Shown here: piece after piece, positions 1 through 9,123 of the stretch | How positions within the stretch are numbered: the first letter of the stretch is position 1 | Layout: each line of letters begins with the position of its first letter | Virus record (IMG/VR): IMGVR_UViG_3300033067_001657 | Location: 1 to 34,860 of that record | From: a virus | Lineage: Duplodnaviria > Caudoviricetes | Direction: 5' to 3' (one strand) | DNA: 34,860 bases | The notes under the pieces: model-generated | Seen by the model: the letters and a program-made list of their open reading frames with translations, nothing else | Told to the model about the DNA's origin: nothing | Database searches by the model: none | Translations under genes and position numbers: made by a program

Positions 1-1271
1 ACAGAAGTGTGCCCAGTTTCCTTTAATTTGTCAGAAACCTTGGCTTCGTCTGGAATGTTCTTAGTGATTTCATTAATTTCTTCGAACGTCAGGGCGTTAT
101 TTGCTCTGAAAACTGTTTTGATGGCAGCGGCGGTCTTAATTCTCTGGTAAGTTAAGATCTGACCAACTGAGTTTTCACCGTACTTTTGTTTAATATAGTT
201 AATAACCGGGTCTCTGGCTTCCGCTGGAACGTCGATATCTATATCTGGTAATTGAATACGATCTGCCGTCATTCTACCTTTGTTAATAAATCTCTCAAAG
301 ATCAGCCCGTATATAAGCGGGTCTACTTTTGAAATGTTAGAAAGATAAGAAATAATAGAACCTGTACCAGAACCTCTAATCCCTGTTAGTTGAAAATTTT
401 CTGTCACATATCTAATTACGTCTGAAACGATTAAAAAGTAATCAGATAATTTAAATTCTTTAATAACATCTAGCTCAAAGTCTAATCTTTGCTTATAAGC
501 GGGGTCGCCATTTAAGTTCTTATGGCAAATCTCTGACAAATAAGAAAAAGAATCCATGTCGCCAGGAGTTTGGAAAACTGGAATTTGAGGGTCTTTCCTG
601 AGTGAAAATTTCTCAATCTTAGAAAATAACGCGATAGTATTATCTATCTCTTGTTTGTTGTAGCCTATTTCTATTGCGTCTTGCTCATTTAAAACGTGCA
701 GTTGCTTACTTAAAAAGTCTGCGTGTTGAGATCTAATAACGGGAATACTCTTATTTTCTGAAAGAGCCATTAGTGTTATATAATCATCCTTATCTTCTTT
801 TTTAGGATAAAAAGAGGAATGAACACAAACAGAAGGCAGATCTTTGGCTTGTGCTACATATCTAACCATATCAGAGTTATGATTATTTAAATCTACCCCA
901 TAATAAGAGCCGGTCGCTGGTTTATTCTCTGGGTACATATAAACAATTATGACATCATTAAGAATATGTAAGTAAGATGGATCTAATACTACTTTCTCTT
1001 TAAATTTAGAGTAAAAGACAGGGCTGGATACTATCTTAATTAGATTCTTCCATCCTTGGTAGTTTTTAGCATATAGTAAAATGCTATCATCCTGCTGATT
1101 GTATACTTCCACTCCAATAGCACAATTAGGTTTTTTGTTCTTGAACTGAACAGCGCCGCTAATTATATTATAATCGCAAAAAGCAAAATTGTCTATCTTT
1201 AAGTTCTTAGGAGTTACCAAAGATCGTCTTACAGAGTAATGCGTTTTTACGTTCAAAGGAATAAAACTCAT
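1..1271 (-). CDS. dnaE: DNA polymerase III alpha subunit (DnaE-type), N-terminal part; runs off the window edge
   Basis: Not in the ORF track. Manual translation from the ATG at 1271 (ATGA overlap with the upstream stop) gives MSFIPLNVKTHYS...LLYAKNYQGWKNLIKIVS...RLDFELDVI...DYFLIVSD...RGSGTGSIISYL...VDPLIYGLIFERFIN...PDIDID, which are hallmark DnaE PHP and palm motifs. Confidence 0.95.
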   Translation of the reverse strand, partial: MSFIPLNVKTHYSVRRSLVTPKNLKIDNFAFCDYNIISGAVQFKNKKPNCAIGVEVYNQQDDSILLYAKNYQGWKNLIKIVSSPVFYSKFKEKVVLDPSYLHILNDVIIVYMYPENKPATGSYYGVDLNNHNSDMVRYVAQAKDLPSVCVHSSFYPKKEDKDDYITLMALSENKSIPVIRSQHADFLSKQLHVLNEQDAIEIGYNKQEIDNTIALFSKIEKFSLRKDPQIPVFQTPGDMDSFSYLSEICHKNLNGDPAYKQRLDFELDVIKEFKLSDYFLIVSDVIRYVTENFQLTGIRGSGTGSIISYLSNISKVDPLIYGLIFERFINKGRMTADRIQLPDIDIDVPAEARDPVINYIKQKYGENSVGQILTYQRIKTAAAIKTVFRANNALTFEEINEITKNIPDEAKVSDKLKETGHTS

Positions 1272-1540
1272 TTTGCTAACCTAATATCGATAACATCAAT
1301 TGTTAGTACTTCTTTCTCTCTGAATCCATCCATTTTAAGACGGCCCACTATAACTACATTGTCATTTTCTTTTAGAGAATTAAATATACTTTCTGCTTGG
1401 ACTCCCCACGCTTTAAAAGGAAAAGATAAACTATTAGCTTCTTCTGAAGTCACAGTTCCACTTAGCAGAGCGGTTTTTTTAGCCCCTACCTTCTTAAGTT
1501 CCAGATTGCTCACCGGTCCCCATATCAACAGATTCGTCAT
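1268..1540 (-). CDS. Single-stranded DNA-binding protein-like (short OB fold)
   Basis: 90 aa with SSB-like pattern (NLLIWGPV...FKAWGVQAE...LKENDNVVIVGRL), located within the replication cluster; lacks an acidic tail. Confidence 0.65.
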   Translation of the reverse strand: MTNLLIWGPVSNLELKKVGAKKTALLSGTVTSEEANSLSFPFKAWGVQAESIFNSLKENDNVVIVGRLKMDGFREKEVLTIDVIDIRLAK

Positions 1541-2528
1541 TTATAACCTCTTTTTTCTTTTTATATTTTTCTGTAACTGCTACAATTCCTTCTTTTTTGA
1601 TAGCGGCGTGTAAGTGAGAGCACATACACATAGGTTGTCCAATATCATTCAACTGATTTCTTCTATACTCAACAGGAGCATCTGGTAAGGACTCCTGCCC
1701 GTAGGTACAGAATTTTTTGCACTTCCATGTGCGATTTAGTCGTGGCACTAGAGAATCTCTAATGCTTTCATATCTTTCTCTAATTTTTGAGAGTGTTTTC
1801 TCTGCTGATTGTGGAGAAAATACAAAGTCATATGCTCCGCCGTCTTTAGTCCAAATAATACAAACATGAAAATTCTCATATTGTGGATATAATTTACGCA
1901 GCACCATATCGTACATATGAAGCTGAATATCGTCGGCCATATCTGCATATTCTTTTCTAGTCCCTTTGATCCAATCTTTTCTCTGCCCTGTTTTATAATC
2001 AATAAACTTAAGGGTTTTTTCATCTAGTTCTGTAACTAAGTCGATTACTCCATTAATCTTCAGGTAGCTCGGGTTACCTTCTAAATCTAGAAAGTAGGCC
2101 CACTCGTATTCTAAATCTACTGAGAATTTATGTTCTGTAGAAATAATTTTCAAACCCCTGACATCTTCATCTGTGCCTAAAACAGCATCTATATGCTTTC
2201 TGCATTCTTTTTTATCTTCTTCATCGAATTCTAAGTTATTATCTTGTACAAATTTATTATAGATTTCTTCAAATAACTCATCTACATTTAATGAGTAAGG
2301 ATCTACTACTTCTACTTCTCTAAATCCTTTAATGGTTACTGTTTTTTCTTTAGCGTCAAACGCTTTCTTAATAGAAGCTAAAACTTCGAAAAAAAAGTGA
2401 ACCATAGTGCCCTTATAAGCTGCCATATTAGTGTCTTCTCTAATTCTTAAGACATTACCAATATAGTATTTCATCGGGCAATCTAATGAAGTATTATAAG
2501 AGCTTGGTGATATTGACGTTATATACAT
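1494..2528 (-). CDS. PD-(D/E)XK exonuclease, Cas4/RecB-like, with probable Fe-S cysteines
   Basis: ISPSS...CPMKYY, GTMVH, E...GVIDLV...IDYKTG, QLHMY and C-terminal CKKFC...C. Confidence 0.85.
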   Translation of the reverse strand: MYITSISPSSYNTSLDCPMKYYIGNVLRIREDTNMAAYKGTMVHFFFEVLASIKKAFDAKEKTVTIKGFREVEVVDPYSLNVDELFEEIYNKFVQDNNLEFDEEDKKECRKHIDAVLGTDEDVRGLKIISTEHKFSVDLEYEWAYFLDLEGNPSYLKINGVIDLVTELDEKTLKFIDYKTGQRKDWIKGTRKEYADMADDIQLHMYDMVLRKLYPQYENFHVCIIWTKDGGAYDFVFSPQSAEKTLSKIRERYESIRDSLVPRLNRTWKCKKFCTYGQESLPDAPVEYRRNQLNDIGQPMCMCSHLHAAIKKEGIVAVTEKYKKKKEVINDESVDMGTGEQSGT

Positions 2529-3478
2529 AATTTATTCATTATTCTCTCTTTAAAAAATTCTTTAGAGCAAGCGGCTATGTCATCATAAATATCTATTTCT
2601 GGTACTATTACTTCAAACTCATCATGTTTCTTAACACGTTCTGCGGCTTCTAGCCCAGCTTCTCCCGCATCTTTAACATAAATGATCTGCTTTACTCCGA
2701 TTTCCTTTAGAAGCTCGGCGTGTTTTTGACTAAAGTTTGTACCTAGATTAGCGACAGAATTAAATATACCGAACTCTTCTAATCTTAAGGTATTGCCCAC
2801 GCTCTCTGTCAGATATACTTTTTGAGTGGATTCTATAAATTTTTTAGCATGCCAAATGTTAAATAAGGTTTTTTCAGTTGGGCATCCTTCAGAACACTTC
2901 CATTTAGGAGAAAAATACTCAGGGCAGGATCTATCTGGATTATGAAATCCTTTACAGTGGGCGCACTTATCCCACCGAGACCTTCCTGTCCAACCTATTA
3001 CCCTCATATCGTCTGAGAATAATGGAACAACAGATCGTTCATATTGTTTACCATTAGTGGAGAATGATATGTAGTGTTTTTTACACAATTCATAATCAAA
3101 CTTCCTAGTATAGATTGGACAGGGATGAATTTTGTCTTCCAGGAACTCTTCAAGGGATATATTTATTTCTTGTTTGACAGGTAAATTATAAGTAATAGTA
3201 TCAGTTGTTTTCAATTCGGAAATAGCATCTATTATTTCTTCCAAATTCTTCTTCTGAACCATATTTGAGGCAATACCTCTTAATAATCCAAAAAAGTTAT
3301 TACCCCATTTATGGTGGCACTGGTGTGTTCTGCATGCCCAGAACCCAGAATAAGGCCAGAATGAAAAGCCCGATCTATTGTCCCCGCCATGTACTGGGCA
3401 AGGGCCAGTAAATCTATTACCTTTAAGATATCCTTCTAATTCAAAGTATTCTATAATATTAATTTTTTGAAGGCTCAT
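2519..3478 (-). CDS. dnaG: DNA primase (CHC2 zinc finger plus TOPRIM)
   Basis: N-terminal CPVHGGDN...WACRTHQC zinc finger, RSVVPL...IGWTGR, TOPRIM VYLTES...GT...D.GEAG; adjacent to DnaB. Confidence 0.85.
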   Translation of the reverse strand: MSLQKINIIEYFELEGYLKGNRFTGPCPVHGGDNRSGFSFWPYSGFWACRTHQCHHKWGNNFFGLLRGIASNMVQKKNLEEIIDAISELKTTDTITYNLPVKQEINISLEEFLEDKIHPCPIYTRKFDYELCKKHYISFSTNGKQYERSVVPLFSDDMRVIGWTGRSRWDKCAHCKGFHNPDRSCPEYFSPKWKCSEGCPTEKTLFNIWHAKKFIESTQKVYLTESVGNTLRLEEFGIFNSVANLGTNFSQKHAELLKEIGVKQIIYVKDAGEAGLEAAERVKKHDEFEVIVPEIDIYDDIAACSKEFFKERIMNKLCI

Positions 3479-4838
3479 TTATTAATTTCTTCTCATCATT
3501 AATTTGGAATCTAGTCTTAGTCTCTATAATCTTACATTTGTCTTTTTCGAAAACATAGTTAATGTAGTTATGATCGTCTAATCCTGGGCCGAATCTGTTT
3601 GCAAGCATAACCATTTTTCGGTTACCGTATTGCACACCATCCATAGTAGTTTCTTCTTCTGATTTTGGTTTGAATATTGCGAAACTAGTGCATATCCATA
3701 AAATTCTATCAGTCCCAGCGGCGGTCGCTGTAGTCTCTGCGTTAATACCGTCTCTATTCAATTGGCAAGCGGATATAGTTGGAATTTTATATCTTACTGC
3801 CATATTGTGCAATGTAGATAAAATAAAACCTAACAACTGATGCTCTGCTAGTGCGTTAGAAATATCGGTTGATTGGACTACTTTCAGATAATCATAAACT
3901 AACACAACTTTTGGTATTTCACCATTTTCATTAGGTTGTTTTGTTTTTCTGATTAACCTACTTATTAAACCAACCTGTTCTTCGAAAGCCATACCGGCCA
4001 CATTAATATGGTGGAAAGGTACTTTTTCTAAAGTATCTAAAGACTCAAACGCTTTTGTTTTCCAAAAAGTTTCTGAGCCAAATTGACCGGTTTCCAATGA
4101 ATTAATAGGAATACCAGACATATTACTTAATACTCTGAACTGTTGTTCATCTGTATTCATTTCAGTATCTATGTAGATAACTGTTATATTTTTACTTGCT
4201 AGATTGATAGCAACATTTAATAGCCAGCTACTCTTACCTACTTTATTTCTAGCTCCAACCATATAAACGCCGCCGTCTCTTAATCCGCCGCCTATAGCAG
4301 CATCATATATCGGATATCCGGTTGGTAGACCCACTTGGTCTACTGGATTTTCTAATCTTTCTTGTAGTAGTTCTCTTAAATTCCTGGCTATATGAGTATC
4401 TTTGGTATTCTTAGTCAGAAGCGATTCTAGGTCGAATTCCAATAAACTAAGAATATCAGAGATAGACTCATTGCCAGAAAACTCTCTCACCACCTTGCTT
4501 TTCTCTGAGAACTGGTCGAATAAAATTCGAGCCACTTCCAGTTTGCGAATTTTACCAGCTAACTCATTTAAGTGAGCAGGTATACACGCATCAGCTAAGC
4601 ACCGGTCTATTATTTTTTTATTGAACTTTTTAGATTTAGAAAGAAGATAAGAAACATCTCTGTGCTCTAATCCTTGCTCTATCGTCTCTGAGATTATCTT
4701 ATAAAGTTCGCTATGATAATGATTCGAAAAAGTATGCTCTGTAAGATAATCGGCTACGTCTAGATAATATTCCGAAGGCGTTTTTAACAAACAACCAAGC
4801 ACGGAAGATTCTGCTGATTCATCTTGTAGTATACTCAT
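3459..4838 (-). CDS. dnaB: Replicative DnaB-like helicase
   Basis: AESSVLGCLL, GLPTGY..YD, Walker A GARNKVGKS, IDTEM, YDYL, QLNR and NRFGP motifs. Confidence 0.95.
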   Translation of the reverse strand: MSILQDESAESSVLGCLLKTPSEYYLDVADYLTEHTFSNHYHSELYKIISETIEQGLEHRDVSYLLSKSKKFNKKIIDRCLADACIPAHLNELAGKIRKLEVARILFDQFSEKSKVVREFSGNESISDILSLLEFDLESLLTKNTKDTHIARNLRELLQERLENPVDQVGLPTGYPIYDAAIGGGLRDGGVYMVGARNKVGKSSWLLNVAINLASKNITVIYIDTEMNTDEQQFRVLSNMSGIPINSLETGQFGSETFWKTKAFESLDTLEKVPFHHINVAGMAFEEQVGLISRLIRKTKQPNENGEIPKVVLVYDYLKVVQSTDISNALAEHQLLGFILSTLHNMAVRYKIPTISACQLNRDGINAETTATAAGTDRILWICTSFAIFKPKSEEETTMDGVQYGNRKMVMLANRFGPGLDDHNYINYVFEKDKCKIIETKTRFQINDEKKLINEPSKN

Positions 4839-5152
4839 TGTTTATTTGACCTGCATTTTTTACAGCGGGGGTCGTTAGCTCCTTTTCGAAAAACACTTAT
4901 ATCATCATAAAATTCAGAAGAACAATCAGTACAAATATAATTGTAATTAGGTTTAGGTCTTGGTTCTGGTTTGTTATTTTTGTAATAAGCTTTTAGTTTG
5001 CGATCTGCTTCTTGTTCTGGAGTTAAACTCTCCGAGGCTACAGTAGCAGAAGAACTAGAGCTAAAAGAAGATGTCTGCATATTCAATATGATCTGAATTA
5101 GATCATCTTTCTTAAGCTTTTTCAGCATGTCTATTGTAAGAACGCTTCCCAT
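4835..5152 (-). CDS. Hypothetical protein with C-terminal zinc ribbon
   Basis: CTDC...CKKC pair; ORF is coupled to both neighbours. Confidence 0.6.
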   Translation of the reverse strand: MGSVLTIDMLKKLKKDDLIQIILNMQTSSFSSSSSATVASESLTPEQEADRKLKAYYKNNKPEPRPKPNYNYICTDCSSEFYDDISVFRKGANDPRCKKCRSNKQ

Positions 5153-5585
5153 ATTTTATTCCCTCGAATCTTTTTGAAAAATCTTGCAAGATACTAACTA
5201 TATTATACGCAGCAGTTAGCATGGCCTGATATTCTAATATTTTATCGTGAATTGTAGTAGCATAGGTATTTTGTTTTATAGCAAGGGCTTCTGCGTTATC
5301 CCAGCTCATACCTTTAATCTTTGAGATGTCTTCAACTATTTCTTTACGTAAGTTCCATTTCAAAAAATCAAGTGCCGCTTTTATTAAATTTGTTTTTTTT
5401 TGCACATATAGAGAGTGTTGTAGTAGTTCAAAAGATATTTGTTCACAATCCTCTTCTCTTAAGGCTGAAATATCATCATGTGACATTTTTAAATAATCAT
5501 TAATATGATCTACCCTGCATTCTTCTAATTCATCTAATTTAGTAAGATTGTGGAATAAGTCATTTACTTTAGCTTCGATATCCAT
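5112..5585 (-). CDS. Hypothetical helical protein, possibly a UvsY-like recombination mediator
   Basis: 157-aa all-helical/coiled-coil sequence between RecA and DnaB. Function is inferred from context only. Confidence 0.45.
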   Translation of the reverse strand: MDIEAKVNDLFHNLTKLDELEECRVDHINDYLKMSHDDISALREEDCEQISFELLQHSLYVQKKTNLIKAALDFLKWNLRKEIVEDISKIKGMSWDNAEALAIKQNTYATTIHDKILEYQAMLTAAYNIVSILQDFSKRFEGIKYGKRSYNRHAEKA

Positions 5586-5959
5586 ATTTCGTCAGTCTCG
5601 TCATAATTAAAATGAATTAGGGAAAAATTGTTCAACTCACACCACTCAGATTTAGATTGATCATACACCAATGCTTTTCTATATTCTATCTTGTCGTTGT
5701 GAAAGTAGGGGACATATTTAAAATGTTGTTGACCCTGAACTTCTATAAACATATTGAAAATAGGTATGAAAAAATCAAATACGAGTTTTTTCTTTTTAAG
5801 AATGGGGACTCTCGCTTCTTCTAAAAAGTGAATGCCCCCAAATCTTTTTTTAATTACCTCGCGTGCCCTAATGTGGAGTTTGGATTTCTGCCCTTTTAAG
5901 CTAGTGGTTATCTTGTATTTTAAGTCAAATCCGTCTAGTGTCTTAATCGATAATTTCAT
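5564..5959 (-). CDS. Small PD-(D/E)XK / DUF559-like endonuclease
   Basis: EE...LVFDFFIP...IEVQGQQH...FH...D..K.EWCELN motif. Confidence 0.75.
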   Translation of the reverse strand: MKLSIKTLDGFDLKYKITTSLKGQKSKLHIRAREVIKKRFGGIHFLEEARVPILKKKKLVFDFFIPIFNMFIEVQGQQHFKYVPYFHNDKIEYRKALVYDQSKSEWCELNNFSLIHFNYDETDEIWISKLK

Positions 5960-7001
5960 AGATAGCCGCTACTAAAGCTTTATATAGTTCTGGGTCATTT
6001 CGGACAGAGTCTGCAAACGCCGCAATACCTTGCCACATTAAATCACCGAAATATATGTATGGTCCTTTGCTTTTTACTAGGCCAGTTTCTTTTGCCATTT
6101 CAGCTATCTCTCTGACCTTATCAAGCCCTAAACCATAAGTGTGGATAAAATTACTTACTGGGTTAGTTTGCTTGTCTAAAGGGTGCCAAGCGCATTTAAA
6201 ATGTACTCTATCACCCACTACCACATCAGATTCTTTAATAGCTTCTTTATGAGTCAAAACAAACTTATAATTTGATGCATACTGAGCTTTTGTACCACCG
6301 CTTTCTACTCTGGATGGAGAAAATGGACCTTTTGAATTCTGGTTTGCATAGGAATGAATAATCCCTATAACAGTATTACGGCTGTGCCGAATCATTCCGC
6401 TGATCTTTCTGAAAAAAATACTTGTTAACCTTGGAGCGTTTGATCTGTAGGTATCAGAATAATCATACTCAAGTTCACTTTCGGAGCATAGCATTGACAG
6501 CGAATCAATGATAACAACAGAATTTTTCAATGAGGAGATTAACTTCTCCATTAATTGGAAGTTTTTTTCTGCTGAGAGTAGGACCCCGCCCGTAGACCCA
6601 ATCAACTCGAAATAGTCTGGATCAATATTTAATCCTTGATTCTTTAAATATCTCTTTTGTATTCTATTCTCTATATCAAAATAGAAAACTTTTCTTCTGA
6701 TGCCGTCTATCTGTTCGTGCTGCTGAGCAGATGCGGCGATAGCCAAAGCGAGGGTTGTTTTTCCTAATTTTTCAGGACCAGAAATAACGATTGAGCCGCC
6801 TTCTTGAACACCCCCACCACAAGTCATATCAATTCGTGGAGACACACTAAAGATGGCGTAGTCTTCGTTTAGAACTATATCATTTAGGTAAGCCTGTCTA
6901 TCTATCTTAAACTCTTTAAAGATCTTATCAACTAATGTATTAGATTCTTTGTTTTCTGACGAGTCTTCTGCTTCCTTTTCCTTATCTTTTTTCTTTGCCA
7001 T
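5943..7001 (-). CDS. recA: RecA/UvsX-like recombinase
   Basis: Walker A GPEKLGKTT, FDIEN, IIDSL, ESGG...YAS; 352 aa. Confidence 0.9.
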   Translation of the reverse strand: MAKKKDKEKEAEDSSENKESNTLVDKIFKEFKIDRQAYLNDIVLNEDYAIFSVSPRIDMTCGGGVQEGGSIVISGPEKLGKTTLALAIAASAQQHEQIDGIRRKVFYFDIENRIQKRYLKNQGLNIDPDYFELIGSTGGVLLSAEKNFQLMEKLISSLKNSVVIIDSLSMLCSESELEYDYSDTYRSNAPRLTSIFFRKISGMIRHSRNTVIGIIHSYANQNSKGPFSPSRVESGGTKAQYASNYKFVLTHKEAIKESDVVVGDRVHFKCAWHPLDKQTNPVSNFIHTYGLGLDKVREIAEMAKETGLVKSKGPYIYFGDLMWQGIAAFADSVRNDPELYKALVAAIYEIID

Positions 7002-7378
7002 TATAAACCTTTAAGCCATTTGGCTTTCTTTTGTGGTAATTTTATTTCTTCTTGTTTGACAACTTGGATTGTCTCTTGCTTTTCACTAACGTCTTTATGA
7101 TCGAACTTAGATAAAGCGTCGTCTATCCATTTGGCATGTAGTGAGTAAATATTATTCTTTTTAACAAAACTTAAAAGCTTTTCAGCCCCGTGTGTTTTTG
7201 ATAATTGATGACATTTACGAAGCTGACTCTTAAAATAAGAAGCCCACTCTTTCAGTTTCCAAAAAAAAGTGGGCAACTCTTTGTTTTCTGTTCTAGCTTT
7301 ATTTTCACATACAACTTCGATAATCAGGTTATGAATAGTAACATCTTTACCTGGAGAATATCTACTTTTGTATTTCAT
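7001..7378 (-). CDS. Hypothetical protein
   Basis: 125-aa ORF coupled by one-base overlaps to both neighbours. Confidence 0.65.
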   Translation of the reverse strand: MKYKSRYSPGKDVTIHNLIIEVVCENKARTENKELPTFFWKLKEWASYFKSQLRKCHQLSKTHGAEKLLSFVKKNNIYSLHAKWIDDALSKFDHKDVSEKQETIQVVKQEEIKLPQKKAKWLKGL

Positions 7379-7785
7379 TACGGATCTAGCAGTGCTGATA
7401 AGTCTCTCGTCATTAATTTTACACCTTGGGGCGAATTAGTAATATTCGCTTTATTATTATGTAACAAAGAGGCACCTATAAATAACTCGGCTGCTCCTTT
7501 ATTAGGAAATAATTCAGAGGCTCTTTTAAATAAGGAAATAGATGTGGCCTCATCTAAGTCGTAAGACTCCATTAGATTCTTAACCACCGAGGTTTGATCT
7601 TCGTCGGCTTCTACTACTGCTTCTTGTTGGAAGTGGTCGCCTAATATAGTTTCAATACCTCTTTTCATCATCCCTAAAATATCTAAGACGGGCGTTTTAT
7701 CTAGCTTGGTTTCATCCATAATTTCTTCTATAGAACCACCAGCCAATAGCACGTTAAAAAAACATGCTTTTTGTTTATTATTCAT
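7378..7785 (-). CDS. Hypothetical protein (possible N-terminal HTH)
   Basis: 135-aa ORF in an operon; SIEEIMDETKLDK resembles an HTH. Confidence 0.55.
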   Translation of the reverse strand: MNNKQKACFFNVLLAGGSIEEIMDETKLDKTPVLDILGMMKRGIETILGDHFQQEAVVEADEDQTSVVKNLMESYDLDEATSISLFKRASELFPNKGAAELFIGASLLHNNKANITNSPQGVKLMTRDLSALLDP

Positions 7786-7786
7786 A

Positions 7787-8101
7787 CTAAGCTCCTACTA
7801 GCGCATCTTTTGTCATATGGTAATAATTATAAATACCACTGTTAAGATACATTACATAATTGAAAAAAGTGTCCTGATCTACTCTTTTATAGAAAGTCAT
7901 CGTGTCGCTTAAATTAGCATCTAGCCTGCACGGGGATCTATCTCTCAAGTTGAGCTTGATAGAATAAATACAAGAACCATCTTTATTAATTTCCTTTTTA
8001 GCAAATGCGAAACCTTGTTTTTCAGTAATGAAATATTTACCATATTGCTTACCTCTGCCAAGATTTGCGTTGCCCTTATCTGTAAAATAAAATACTATCA
8101 T
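7787..8101 (-). CDS. Hypothetical protein
   Basis: 104-aa ORF with ATGA overlap to the upstream gene. Confidence 0.6.
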   Translation of the reverse strand: MIVFYFTDKGNANLGRGKQYGKYFITEKQGFAFAKKEINKDGSCIYSIKLNLRDRSPCRLDANLSDTMTFYKRVDQDTFFNYVMYLNSGIYNYYHMTKDALVGA

Positions 8102-8349
8102 GTTTCTCTCGCTTTTTCAAGAAAAGCTTTTTTTGCTTCCTTCGACATTTTATTGTCTTGTTTATCTAAAAACATACCAAGTGTTTTCGGCACATGGGCG
8201 CAATTAGATCCTAGTTCTTCATCATATCTGCGGTGAATCTTTTTCGACTTGCATTTTTCGCATTTTTTGCAATCTTCCAATTTGTTCATTGGACAAGTTA
8301 TACTAAACTCATGTTCGCATTTATCACATCTGAAAAGATATTCAGGCAT
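8098..8349 (-). CDS. FmdB-family zinc ribbon protein
   Basis: MPEYLFRCDKCEHEF...CEKC matches the FmdB CxxC-CxxC signature. Confidence 0.85.
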   Translation of the reverse strand: MPEYLFRCDKCEHEFSITCPMNKLEDCKKCEKCKSKKIHRRYDEELGSNCAHVPKTLGMFLDKQDNKMSKEAKKAFLEKARET

Positions 8350-9092
8350 TACTCTCCGATAGCCTCCAAAATTCTTGTGATTATAGGATTTCTAATAATG
8401 TCTGATTTAGAAAGTTCTGCGACTCCCACCCCAGGAACATTCCCTATAATTTGTATCCACTTCTCCAACCCAACCTCTTGCTCACCAGTCCGCCTATCAT
8501 AAATGAATTTATCCGATTGTCTAGGGTCACCAGAAAGAATACACTTACTATTAAAACCAACTCTGGTTATAAACATTTTAATCTGTTCAAAAGTAGCGTT
8601 TTGAGCCTCATCCATAATCATAAAGCTGTCGTGAAAATTCATGCCGCGCATATATGCTAGCGGGGCTATAATAATTTCATCCTCTCCAACCTTATTTTTT
8701 CCGTTGTTCAAATACGTTTGCAACTGCTGCATGGTAACATATTTACACAATTCGCCGTAAATTGGTTGTAAGTATGGATTTAACTTTTCCTCTAATTTAC
8801 CAGGGAGAAAACCTAATTCTTCTCCAGCTTCGACAGCGGGCCTAGTTATGATAAGACGTTTATATTTTCCTTCTAGAAGTTTTTCCATACCATAGCAAGT
8901 TGCTAGATATGTTTTTCCCGATCCGGGCGGACCTATGGCTAATGTTATATCGTTTTCTGCTATAGTACGAAGTAAATTCTCTTGATTAGCTGTTTTTGCC
9001 CTTAATTGAAACTTAATCTTTTTTTCATAAGTTTTTTCTTGTGATTCTTTATATGGATTAGACGATTTTTTGGGTTGTCTTTTTCTGCTCAT
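8349..9092 (-). CDS. phoH: PhoH-family ATPase
   Basis: GPPGSGKT, TRPAVEAGEELGFLPG, PLAYMRG, DEAQN, GDPRQSD and DIIRNP. Confidence 0.97.
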   Translation of the reverse strand: MSRKRQPKKSSNPYKESQEKTYEKKIKFQLRAKTANQENLLRTIAENDITLAIGPPGSGKTYLATCYGMEKLLEGKYKRLIITRPAVEAGEELGFLPGKLEEKLNPYLQPIYGELCKYVTMQQLQTYLNNGKNKVGEDEIIIAPLAYMRGMNFHDSFMIMDEAQNATFEQIKMFITRVGFNSKCILSGDPRQSDKFIYDRRTGEQEVGLEKWIQIIGNVPGVGVAELSKSDIIRNPIITRILEAIGE

Positions 9093-9123
9093 GCTTTACT
9101 CTCAATGTAAAAACCTGATACTG

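Noticed and set aside
1748-2023. Nested minus-strand ORFs 1748..2023 and 17428..17616
   Set aside because: Both lie fully inside the nuclease and methyltransferase genes in alternative frames, with no supporting features.
1494-2528. Cas4-like nuclease as evidence of a CRISPR-Cas system
   Set aside because: No repeat-spacer array or other cas genes were seen; the gene sits in the replication module like typical solo phage exonucleases.
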